From Calditrichota bacterium (GTDB lineage Bacteria > Zhuqueibacterota > Zhuqueibacteria > Zhuqueibacterales > Geothermadaptataceae): a stretch of DNA of 64,000 bases. Both the position numbers and the translations under genes were made by a program. Below are positions 32,796 to 43,211 of this stretch, one piece after another; the stretch's first letter is position 1; every line of letters starts with the position of its first letter. Below the pieces are notes generated by a model. It searched no databases. It saw only the letters and a list, made by a program, of their open reading frames with translations, and was not told where the DNA came from. The stretch lies in contig QQUE01000002.1 in assembly GCA_008501765.1 (NCBI GenBank), positions 90,520-154,519 on the forward strand, given 5' to 3'.

Positions 32796-33422
32796 TTGTT
32801 TGACAACGCGATTCGTGCTTTCGACGGCGGCGGTATATTTATGTTTGCAATCCTTGGTGTGCTCATAATTAATATCGCTATTATTATTGAAAGATTTTTA
32901 TTCATCAGTGTGAAAAATCGCATTGATACTTCGGCATTCGTCAATAAAATGATCGATTTACTGCAGCGGGGCAATGTGCATGACGCTATTCGAATTTGCA
33001 ACTCTTCCGATGCTGCATTGCCGCAAATTACCCGTGCCGGTCTTGAAGAATACGGCAAGAGTGCCAATGATATCCAGAATGCACTTGAGCTCGCAGCCAT
33101 GGCAGAGATCCCCAAGCTGGAAAAGCGAACACAATATTTAAGTATGTTTGCCAACATCGCCACCTTGCTTGGATTGCTGGGAACTATTTTTGGACTTATC
33201 ACTTCATTTGATGCGGTTGCCAATGCACCTGCAGCAGAAAAAGCCACTTTGCTTTCTCAAGGTATTGCGGTCGCGATGAATACGACAGCTTTTGGTCTGA
33301 TTGCCGCTATCCCGGCCTTGCTTGGCTATTCCTACATTCAGGAAAAAACCAATGCTTTGATTGACAATATTAATGAAAACATCGCCAGAATTTACCGCAG
33401 AATGGTGACAGCAAGGAATTAA
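32796..33422 (+). CDS. MotA/TolQ/ExbB-family proton channel protein
   Basis: TTG start behind AAGGAGG; three TM helices; LSMFANIATLLGLLGTIFGLI and AVAMNTTAFGLIAAIP signature. Confidence 0.9.
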   Translation: MFDNAIRAFDGGGIFMFAILGVLIINIAIIIERFLFISVKNRIDTSAFVNKMIDLLQRGNVHDAIRICNSSDAALPQITRAGLEEYGKSANDIQNALELAAMAEIPKLEKRTQYLSMFANIATLLGLLGTIFGLITSFDAVANAPAAEKATLLSQGIAVAMNTTAFGLIAAIPALLGYSYIQEKTNALIDNINENIARIYRRMVTARN

Positions 33423-33426
33423 ATAA

Positions 33427-33879
33427 ATGAACTACAAGCGATCATCTACTGCAGGGCGCCGGGGCGACGACGAGGTCAATATCACTCCGGTGATGAATCT
33501 GTTTCTCGTTCTCATCCCATTTCTGTTGCTATCGGCTGAGTTTGTGCGAATCGCGGTCTTGGAACTCAATCTTCCTTCAGCCACAGCGGCGCCGCAGCAA
33601 AATAAAAACAATAATAAAAAATTGGTTTTAATAATGTTGCGCATCGAGGATAATCAGATTCGGATAAAAGCGCCAAGAACAAGCGGTGCGGTTAAAAAAG
33701 ACGGGGCTGATTATCAGTTTGAACAATTGGTGCAGGAACTGAAAAAATTGAAAAAATTATTTCCTGATACTGAGGAAGTGACCGTACAACCCACAGATAA
33801 TATCAAGTATGAAACGATAGTTCATGTCATGGATACATGCAGGGACAACGGATTCCCCAATGTTTCCATTTCCGGATAG
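33427..33879 (+). CDS. ExbD/TolR-family biopolymer transport protein (paralogue 1)
   Basis: INITPVMNLFLVLIPFLLL N-terminal TM motif; starts 4 nt after the previous stop. Confidence 0.9.
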   Translation: MNYKRSSTAGRRGDDEVNITPVMNLFLVLIPFLLLSAEFVRIAVLELNLPSATAAPQQNKNNNKKLVLIMLRIEDNQIRIKAPRTSGAVKKDGADYQFEQLVQELKKLKKLFPDTEEVTVQPTDNIKYETIVHVMDTCRDNGFPNVSISG

Positions 33880-33888
33880 GATTTATAA

Positions 33889-34395
33889 ATGTTGAATTTA
33901 GGTGGAAATAAATTTACACTCGGAGCACGGCATCGAAAAAAAGCGAAAGGTTCCCCAGGTTTACGCTTGACCTCGATGATCGATATGTTCACAATATTAC
34001 TGGTTTTCCTCTTAAAGAATTTTTCTGCTGACCAGATTATGACGATACGCGAGGATTTAGTGCTGCCGAATTCAACGGCGCAAAAGCAGCCCTCGCAGAC
34101 CCCTGTCATCGTGGTGACGGATAAATTCATCGTCCTGGAAGACCAACGCGTCGCCAGAACCGAACTGGTCGCCAACAGCAACAGTAATGAAATCCCCAAT
34201 CTGAAAGCCGGATTGCTGGAAAAAAAGCAAATTGCTGAAGCTTTAGGCCGGCAAAATGCCGCTTTCGGATTTAAGGGGCAGGTGACAATTCAAGGGGATA
34301 AAGAAATCCCGTTTCGCATCTTGAAAAAGATAATGGTAACCTGCGGTGTAGTCGGGTATAGCGATATTCTGCTCGCCGTTTATAAGGTGGAATAA
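33889..34395 (+). CDS. ExbD/TolR-family biopolymer transport protein (paralogue 2)
   Basis: LRLTSMIDMFTILLVFLL TM motif; C-terminal periplasmic domain ...VTIQGDKEIPFRILKKIMVTCG. Confidence 0.85.
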   Translation: MLNLGGNKFTLGARHRKKAKGSPGLRLTSMIDMFTILLVFLLKNFSADQIMTIREDLVLPNSTAQKQPSQTPVIVVTDKFIVLEDQRVARTELVANSNSNEIPNLKAGLLEKKQIAEALGRQNAAFGFKGQVTIQGDKEIPFRILKKIMVTCGVVGYSDILLAVYKVE

Positions 34396-34403
34396 AAATT
34401 CAT

Positions 34404-35750
34404 ATGTCAAAGCAAAATAGAGTTTTACATCTTCGAATAGAGCAACAGGGTGAAATCCGGCACCATTACGTTCGCGATAAAAGTGTTTTTTCAATCGGGC
34501 GTGATGACCGCAACGATCTGCGAATAAACGGATCGGGAATCCCCGGCAGGCATACTTTATTTATTGCTCAGAATGGCCAATTTCTGATGCAGATTCCTCC
34601 GGGTGTGCAGGGAGAAATCAGCACAAAACAATCCAGTTTGAAGTTGAGTGATCTGATCGAGCACGAACTTCTTCCTGTGCGGCAGGGTCTCTATCTTCTG
34701 CCGATCAAACCTGGAAAAATGGGTTACGTCTTTTTTGGCACGACGCGCATCGATTTTCTTATCGAACAAAAAGTTCCCAAAACTGTACAGCGGCCAATCG
34801 ATTTTTATGGTTTTAAAAAGAGTCGCGTTTTCTGGATGCACTTAAAAGAAGATGCTATGTTCAAAGGTTTGGTCACAGGAATGATTTTATTCAACTCTGT
34901 TGGTTTATACAGCCTGAAAGATTATGTTCCGCCACCCAAACCGAAACAAAGCGCTGAGGATGTAATCCGACGCATATCCCGGTTTGTAATTGAACCACCA
35001 AAAATCGAAGAAAAACCGATAATTGAAGACATCAAAACCCCTGAAGAGGAAAAAGAAGATAAAAACGTAGATGAGAAAAAGCCGGCGAAAAAGCCGACAC
35101 GCAAGCAACAAAACACAAACCAAACAAAAAAACGACGCGCCCCTGCAGGCGGTTTAATGGCGTTGATCGGTAGTGCAAGCACCAATAAAACAGGGTCCGT
35201 CGCTGAAAAATTATTGAATAATAATCTCGCTGCCCAATTAAGCACCGTCAGCGGATCGCAGGGTTTGACCGTAGGTGCGAAGAAAACCAATGGCGATATT
35301 TTGGATAATGATGATATTTTTGGCGCCCTCGCTTCCGGCGGAATTGAAGACCTCCTCGGTGACACCAACGGTATCGATGGCAGCGTTGATCTGAAAAAGA
35401 AACCCCTCGTTAAACTGGACAGAGTTGAGAGTGTGAAAGGATCAGCCGAGGCGCGCGGCGCGCGAACAGAAGGCTCACTATTGGATGTTATTCAGGCAAA
35501 CATGGGTCGCTTGCGATTTATCTACAATCGATATTTAAAACAAGACCCCAATTTTGGCGGCCTGATGCGTCTCGAGGTTGTCATATCTCCCACTGGAAAA
35601 GTTTCAGACGTATCTGTACTGTCATCAAACTTTGGCAATCCCAATTTTGAAAAAGAAATTGTCAACACCATAAAGCGTTTCAAATATGCCCCAATATCGA
35701 AAGGGGAAGTTATTATCGTGTATCCGATTGGATTTACACGGCAGAGTTAA
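34404..35750 (+). CDS. TonB-like bitopic transducer: FHA-like N-terminus, one TM, a P/K/E-rich linker and an AgmX/PglI-type C-terminal domain
   Basis: VFSIGRDDRNDLRINGSGIPGRHTLF (FHA-like); TM about aa 152-171; PPPKPKQ...EEKPIIEDIKTPEEEKEDK linker; tail RLRFIYNRYLKQDPNFGGLMRLEVVISPTGKVSDVSV...FKYAP...VIIVYPIGF. Confidence 0.75.
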   Translation: MSKQNRVLHLRIEQQGEIRHHYVRDKSVFSIGRDDRNDLRINGSGIPGRHTLFIAQNGQFLMQIPPGVQGEISTKQSSLKLSDLIEHELLPVRQGLYLLPIKPGKMGYVFFGTTRIDFLIEQKVPKTVQRPIDFYGFKKSRVFWMHLKEDAMFKGLVTGMILFNSVGLYSLKDYVPPPKPKQSAEDVIRRISRFVIEPPKIEEKPIIEDIKTPEEEKEDKNVDEKKPAKKPTRKQQNTNQTKKRRAPAGGLMALIGSASTNKTGSVAEKLLNNNLAAQLSTVSGSQGLTVGAKKTNGDILDNDDIFGALASGGIEDLLGDTNGIDGSVDLKKKPLVKLDRVESVKGSAEARGARTEGSLLDVIQANMGRLRFIYNRYLKQDPNFGGLMRLEVVISPTGKVSDVSVLSSNFGNPNFEKEIVNTIKRFKYAPISKGEVIIVYPIGFTRQS

Positions 35751-35755
35751 AACTT

Positions 35756-35791
35756 AAAAAGGTAACAGAGCGAATTCTGTTACCTTTTTTT
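35756..35791. terminator. Bidirectional rho-independent terminator
   Basis: AAAAA-GGTAACAG-AGCGAATT-CTGTTACC-TTTTTTT between convergent genes. Confidence 0.8.
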
Positions 35792-35815
35792 ATAGAATAA
35801 ATAACGTTCAGCACT

Positions 35816-36976
35816 TTATTTTTTCATACTGAATTCTCTCCCCTTTTTGCCTCCATTTTCAATGATTTCAAATTCAATTCGGCCGAGAACCTGCCCCAAT
35901 TCCGTCTCTATATCAACCCGCCATTCGCCGCGTTCAATATTCTTCTTGTAAGTGTAACCGCGGTATCCGCCTTTGCGCCCACCACTAATTTTATAACTCA
36001 AACGATCTCGTTTTTGCCATTTTTCTGCGCTATTTTCATATTTATACCATTGATAAAAAACTGTCGCTTCCCAATCGATTGGAGCAAAAACAGAGGCATA
36101 ACAATAAACCGTATCACCGTTCACCCATGGATATATGTTGTCGCTATCATCCCAAAACTTGAAGTACCAATCCCGATAATATTTTACAGTATAAGCATTA
36201 TTCACACTTTCCTTTTTCACATAATGGTAAATTCCACCATCTTTCATCGAAAGCGGCACGGGTGGAATCCAGTTTGCCATATAAAAGAAACTCATTATTC
36301 CAAAAACAAGAACCGGGGGCGAGGCTTTTTTAAAAATCACCTTTGGATCATTTTTAAAAATCTGCCGATAGATGGCGGTGACAAGACCGGCTGTTATAAC
36401 AAAACCAATGACACCGCTGGAAAAAAATGTTGCGCTGTCCAGTTTGTGGGTGAGAATAGGCAGGAAAAAAGTAAGAAAAGCAAATGTTGCGAAAAAATAG
36501 AGCGTGCACAAAAAGGTAATATTTGCCATTTTGTGGTGAAAGAACTCATTTAAAAGCAATAAAATTATCAGAAAACTTACAAAGATGAGTGACTTGCTGA
36601 TCGCTGCACTTTTAAAATAAAAAACGACGTAGGCGGAAAACAAGCCGCCGAGTAAAAACTGCAAAATATTGGGGTACCACTTTTTGAATTGCACTATTTT
36701 TTCGTTACTTATCTGATCGGTTTCAATCAAACCTATCAACAAAATCATTGCCCCGGCAATGATAATATTGCCCAAAAGGATAAAATGATCGGCTGTATTT
36801 CCTATGCTTAATGTTAAGCTGTCATAGAGAAACCCAGCAAGAAAAAAGAGAACCGGATAAAATTTTTCGTAGCGTTTATAAATATCCTTCCCTTTGCCCA
36901 GATATGGCTCAATGCTGTCTTTTCCCTTGTTTAGGCGGGAAGATATTTTATCTCTTACCTTTTGGAACATAATCAC
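35816..36976 (-). CDS. Polytopic membrane protein with a C-terminal DUF2914-like soluble domain
   Basis: About 8 TM helices, then WYKYENSAEKWQKRDRLSYKISGGRKGGYRGYTYK...GEWRVDIETELGQVLGRIEFEI, which resembles DUF2914. Confidence 0.7.
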   Translation of the reverse strand: MIMFQKVRDKISSRLNKGKDSIEPYLGKGKDIYKRYEKFYPVLFFLAGFLYDSLTLSIGNTADHFILLGNIIIAGAMILLIGLIETDQISNEKIVQFKKWYPNILQFLLGGLFSAYVVFYFKSAAISKSLIFVSFLIILLLLNEFFHHKMANITFLCTLYFFATFAFLTFFLPILTHKLDSATFFSSGVIGFVITAGLVTAIYRQIFKNDPKVIFKKASPPVLVFGIMSFFYMANWIPPVPLSMKDGGIYHYVKKESVNNAYTVKYYRDWYFKFWDDSDNIYPWVNGDTVYCYASVFAPIDWEATVFYQWYKYENSAEKWQKRDRLSYKISGGRKGGYRGYTYKKNIERGEWRVDIETELGQVLGRIEFEIIENGGKKGREFSMKK

Positions 36977-37299
36977 ACAACCCTCCGTTAAAAATGTTAC
37001 TCAATAATAACAAAACAAGTCCCAAATTTCAATCGCATATTTCATAAAGGCACGTTGTTTTTTTCAACAATTTGACTCCGTTGTGAAAACAAATCAGAAG
37101 GCAACAAGTTTTTGTTTTCAATTGACTTTTACTTGAATTTTCTTTTCATTACCACTAATTAAAGCGAAATAAAACTGAGTAAAGAGATATAATTTCAATT
37201 TTCCAAACCCGACTGGTTTCCCAATTGCAAAGAATTTTGCCTTATAATTACATGCAGATCCAATCCAGAAAATATTCCTGGGGATAGAAGGAACCTACT

Positions 37300-37692
37300 A
37301 TGCAAGATCCCACAACAGTCACTGATCCCAGCACCATCGGCATCGATGTAAATATTGCACAGATTCTCGATAAGATCGACCAGATTCCGGATCCGGCATT
37401 TTACATGGCGCTCACAGCCTGGCTTTTGCTCTATGTTATTGGCTGGTTTGGTGGAGTTAAAGATCATGTCAAAGTTTATCTCATCACAGTAATCGCCTCG
37501 ACTGTGATCGCTATCGGCGCCTTGCCCGTCCCAGCGCAAATCCTGCGAATTATGATGCAGTATTTCTCAGGCTCAGTAATTCCTGTTTTTATCGTTCTTG
37601 TGAGTTATTTGGCGCTCATCGTCGCGATGGCTGTCTCCTTGTATGAAACCTGGGTTGTGACACAGGAAGAAATTCGCTCTGACAAAGGCTGA
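37300..37692 (+). CDS. Small membrane protein, unknown function
   Basis: GAAGGAA RBS; three hydrophobic helices. Confidence 0.5.
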   Translation: MQDPTTVTDPSTIGIDVNIAQILDKIDQIPDPAFYMALTAWLLLYVIGWFGGVKDHVKVYLITVIASTVIAIGALPVPAQILRIMMQYFSGSVIPVFIVLVSYLALIVAMAVSLYETWVVTQEEIRSDKG

Positions 37693-37746
37693 GTCCACGT
37701 CAATCTTGGTACATCCACAAATCCAATTATTTAATCAGAAAGAATT

Positions 37747-38877
37747 ATGAAAGTATATCTGCGTATAATTCTCTATCCCGTCGTTCTGTTTTTGTTATTT
37801 TTACGTTACTCCCCGCTTCCGATCGTACGACCGGTGGCTCGATTTTTACCTGATTTTATCATTGAAAATTTTCGACCGGAAGCCCGGGCCATAACAACAG
37901 TCACATCCTACCCTCCTGAAGCTGTAAAACTGGTGATGCCGCAATCAAAATGGTTGAATGTACGGGAGAAACAACGAAAATTAGTCTCAAAATTCAAATA
38001 TGAAAGCTTGCGCGCCGAACAAGATATCGTACAACTCAATGACTTGTATTTCTTGCGAGCAGGGGGTGATTTTCTGGCCACCTATCATCGCCGCAACCAC
38101 GAAATACTCATCCTTTCACCGGAGCTAAAAGTCGTAAAGATGTGGCCGATGCAGCTCAGAAACGGCGTAAAAATCGATGCACCAATCGATTTGGCAATTA
38201 AAGATGAAGAAATTTATGCCATCGACAGAGCTGGACTCGTTGCAAGCTGGAACCTGAATGGGGTTGAACAATCCCACTTTACAGCCCCGTTCAATGCCAG
38301 AGATATCGACATTTTTGAAAATGGCGATTTTCTTATGCATCACACAGGAAATTTACCCTGGCTTTTGTCACGCGTTGATGCGGACGGTGTACTGAAATCA
38401 CGCTTTGCCCCGCACGCTATTCAGGATAGTACAGAAGCCAGATTCATGCTGCATAGTATTTTAGCCATCGATCGCAGTAACGATCTCATTTGCCTCGCTT
38501 ACAAATCACCCTACAAATTGTTTTTTTACAACACGGTTGGCAAACCTTTAACCGCACTGGAAATCGTTCCTAATTTTCAAGTTGCTGAACCGATAGTTAC
38601 ACGCAAAGATAAAGAAATTACACAAGTTGGCTACCAGAAAGTTATTTTCGAAGTGGAGTGGCATGATGGCCTGCTCTGGGCGCTGGTTTCATCCGAAATG
38701 GGGAAGGCGCCACAATGGTTGGAGACTTATAATGTCGCGGGTGAGTTTTTACAACGATTTGCGTTGTTGGACGGTGTGAGCCGGTTTGCGTTTTTGCAGA
38801 ACCGTCTTGTGGTTTTGGGTTATGCGCCTAATTTTCGCATCGAATCTTATGATATTACACCGTTAGATGCACACTAA
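37747..38877 (+). CDS. Membrane-anchored hypothetical protein, probably beta-propeller-like
   Basis: N-terminal TM/signal anchor; repeated short strand-rich units (IYAIDRAG.., DFLMHH.., LICLAY..). No family recognised. Confidence 0.55.
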   Translation: MKVYLRIILYPVVLFLLFLRYSPLPIVRPVARFLPDFIIENFRPEARAITTVTSYPPEAVKLVMPQSKWLNVREKQRKLVSKFKYESLRAEQDIVQLNDLYFLRAGGDFLATYHRRNHEILILSPELKVVKMWPMQLRNGVKIDAPIDLAIKDEEIYAIDRAGLVASWNLNGVEQSHFTAPFNARDIDIFENGDFLMHHTGNLPWLLSRVDADGVLKSRFAPHAIQDSTEARFMLHSILAIDRSNDLICLAYKSPYKLFFYNTVGKPLTALEIVPNFQVAEPIVTRKDKEITQVGYQKVIFEVEWHDGLLWALVSSEMGKAPQWLETYNVAGEFLQRFALLDGVSRFAFLQNRLVVLGYAPNFRIESYDITPLDAH

Positions 38878-38894
38878 TTTATCTCAATTCAAAT

Positions 38895-38932
38895 AAAAAA
38901 AGTCTCCATAGAAACTACGGAGACTTTTTTAT
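38895..38932 (+). terminator. Rho-independent terminator
   Basis: AAAAAAAGTCTCC-ATAGAAACTAC-GGAGACTTTTTTATTT. Confidence 0.8.
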
Positions 38933-39113
38933 TTGAAGAAAAGTCCAGCTTAACCAAAATATTCTTTTAATCCATCCTGACTTTTTGTAAACCTAATTCC
39001 CCACTGTGCCAGTCAGCAGTCCAAACCTGGTCAAGTTCATATGTAATTTGTAAAGCAGCTACGATCCATAGCGATTCTTGCACATTTCGCTAACCAACTT
39101 TTTGTGAACATCC

Positions 39114-39152
39114 CGGTTCAGCGGCGTAACACCATCCGCTGAACCGTTTTTT
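39114..39152 (+). terminator. Plus-strand-oriented intrinsic terminator with no annotated plus-strand gene upstream (convergent on the katG 3' end)
   Basis: 11-bp stem CGGTTCAGCGG (39114-39124) / CCGCTGAACCG (39136-39146), then TTTTTT (39147-52). On the katG strand the hairpin is followed by GGATGTTC, with no U-tract. Confidence 0.6.
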
Positions 39153-39208
39153 AGCTGACCGTCAATAGACCAGTCCGTCAAAAGATATTGAGGGCGCTCA
39201 GGCTATGA

Positions 39209-41443
<2,235 letters not shown>

Positions 41444-41816
41444 CTAACATCAGCAATGAGCGGATAGCGTACTCCCTTAATACAACCTTCTTTTTTTGGG
41501 GTTGCGAACCCAGACTGAATGCACATGATGTGTTTCAATACTTGCTACAAATACTTCCACACCGCGTTCCGGTATTCTTCCAGGTTTTCATTAAATGCAT
41601 ACAATTCAGGCGGGCAGAGAACAGTAAAATTCATCGGATGGAAAATCAATACAATGTAACTGCCTTTGTAATGCGAATAAAGTAAAATTTTCGATTAATT
41701 TATCACCTTAGACAGCTTTTGCAATAAAATCAAGGCTGGTTTTCCAATGAGAACACTCATTTCAGAATATCATTACTTTTTGTGTTTTAATATAATTAGA
41801 ATTGATGTATTCTGAA

Positions 41817-42329
41817 TTACTCAGACTCCGCCGGGGGTGTAAACTGGCGTTGACCAACCTGATCATCCAGCATTAAGATTCCCTGTCCTTCCCCATTGAC
41901 AAGTTTTACTTTGTTTAATAATGTATCGAGAGTTGCTTCCTCTTCAACCTGCTCCCGCACAAACCACTGCAAGAAATCTTGTGTGGCAAAATCATTTTCA
42001 TCCTTAGCCTGTGCCATCAACAAATTTATTCGGCGCGTTACTTCCTGCTCGTGGTGCAGCGATTTTTCCAGAATTTCCTCTATGTTTTTAAACTCGGTTT
42101 CCGGATGGTCAAGGCCGGTTATTTTTACATCACCACCTTTGTCATTGATATAGTGGAAAAACCGCATCGCATGATAGCGCTCTTCCTGTTCCTGCACGAT
42201 AAAGAAATTAGAAAAACCATCCAAATTCATCGAGGCACAGGCAGCGGCCATTGATAAATACAAATGTCCGGAGTACAATTCATAGACGATATGTTCATTT
42301 AAATTTTTGCTCATTTTGTCAGACAACAT
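41817..42329 (-). CDS. Non-haem ferritin
   Basis: Ferroxidase ligands in YELYSGHLYLSMA...QEQEERYHAMRFF...EQEVT; 170 aa. Confidence 0.9.
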   Translation of the reverse strand: MLSDKMSKNLNEHIVYELYSGHLYLSMAAACASMNLDGFSNFFIVQEQEERYHAMRFFHYINDKGGDVKITGLDHPETEFKNIEEILEKSLHHEQEVTRRINLLMAQAKDENDFATQDFLQWFVREQVEEEATLDTLLNKVKLVNGEGQGILMLDDQVGQRQFTPPAESE

Positions 42330-42442
42330 AATTTTAATTACCTATTTTTAGAGTTAAAAATTGAGTTTATTAGATTTTAAAAAAAAGAATCGCAGTCCCA
42401 TGATCTGCTTCCAGATTGATTAATCCTAAAATTTCAGGTTCC

Positions 42443-42874
42443 TCAATTCAGGCTTTCGAGGCACCGGTTGCACGTCCCTTTTAAATGCAACTGCATTTCC
42501 TGTACTTGATGCCCATCAACTGTTTTCAGTTCAGAGAAATCAGATATCTCGTAAATATCATATATTTTGCCGCATGTGTTGCATTGAAAATGGTCGTGGG
42601 GTTCGCCGACAAAGTCAAAACGTAAGTCGGTATTGCTGATAGAAAGTGTAGAGATGACCTCTTTTTCACTTAGTAATTTTAACGTATTATAAACCGTTGT
42701 CCGGGAGAGTGTAGGAATTTGCGACACAAGGTTTTTATAAATCGTATCGACAGAAGGATGATTGTTTTCCTGTAACAAATACTTCAAAACACTGATTCGT
42801 TGAAAGGATGGTTTCACCCCTTTTGCTTCGAGCAAATTTTTAACATTTTCGATTGAGATACGTAGTTTTTTCAT
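42443..42874 (-). CDS. Fur-family metalloregulator, PerR-like by context
   Basis: Winged helix (HPSVDTIY...SRTTVYNTLKLL), HDHFQCNTCGKIY and CNRC (two CxxC pairs). ATG 42874 has GAGGAA upstream. The track ORF begins at TTG 42898. Confidence 0.85.
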   Translation of the reverse strand: MKKLRISIENVKNLLEAKGVKPSFQRISVLKYLLQENNHPSVDTIYKNLVSQIPTLSRTTVYNTLKLLSEKEVISTLSISNTDLRFDFVGEPHDHFQCNTCGKIYDIYEISDFSELKTVDGHQVQEMQLHLKGTCNRCLESLN

Positions 42875-42987
42875 AATCAATTCCTCGTTCCTGGACAAAC
42901 AGAAGTGTTAGAACTTTTCAACAAACGGATACAGCTTTTTCTTCGGATGCTGCTGCTAAATAAAATTCAAAAAAGAACATTATATAA

Positions 42988-43006
42988 ATTTGTAATGATT
43001 ACAAAT
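42988..43006. promoter_or_regulatory. Fur/PerR-box-like 9-1-9 palindrome upstream of the Fur-family gene
   Basis: ATTTGTAAT-G-ATTACAAAT. The core TTGTAATGATTACAA differs at two symmetric positions from the B. subtilis PerR box TTATAATNATTATAA. Confidence 0.55.
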
Positions 43007-43211
43007 ATAGAATTCTTATCGCCTTTGTCAATAGATTTTTTTAGCCGGTGTATGAGCGAACCATCGAAAAACGTCTTTGCCATTTTACGTACTCACACAC
43101 GATACTTTTCAGGCGTATGATTATGCCCGGGAGATATATTATTTGAGGATGATAAGTTTGCAGAAATACTCAAATCTTCATCCTCCAGTGACCAGACATT
43201 TGCCGGGGATA

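Noticed and set aside
34930-35130. A K/E/P-rich, A-rich stretch that looked like a tandem DNA repeat.
   Set aside because: There are no exact repeat units. It encodes the proline/lysine/glutamate-rich spacer typical of TonB/TolA-like proteins.
41665-41673. TTTGTAATG upstream of katG as a second PerR box.
   Set aside because: Only the left half matches the 42988 palindrome. The right half (CGAATAAAG) does not, which is insufficient to call a site.
42905-43120. A 71-aa plus-strand ORF between the Fur-family gene and rbsK.
   Set aside because: It has no RBS and a leucine/isoleucine-rich, AT-driven sequence, and it spans the PerR-box-like palindrome. It is more plausibly a promoter/operator region.
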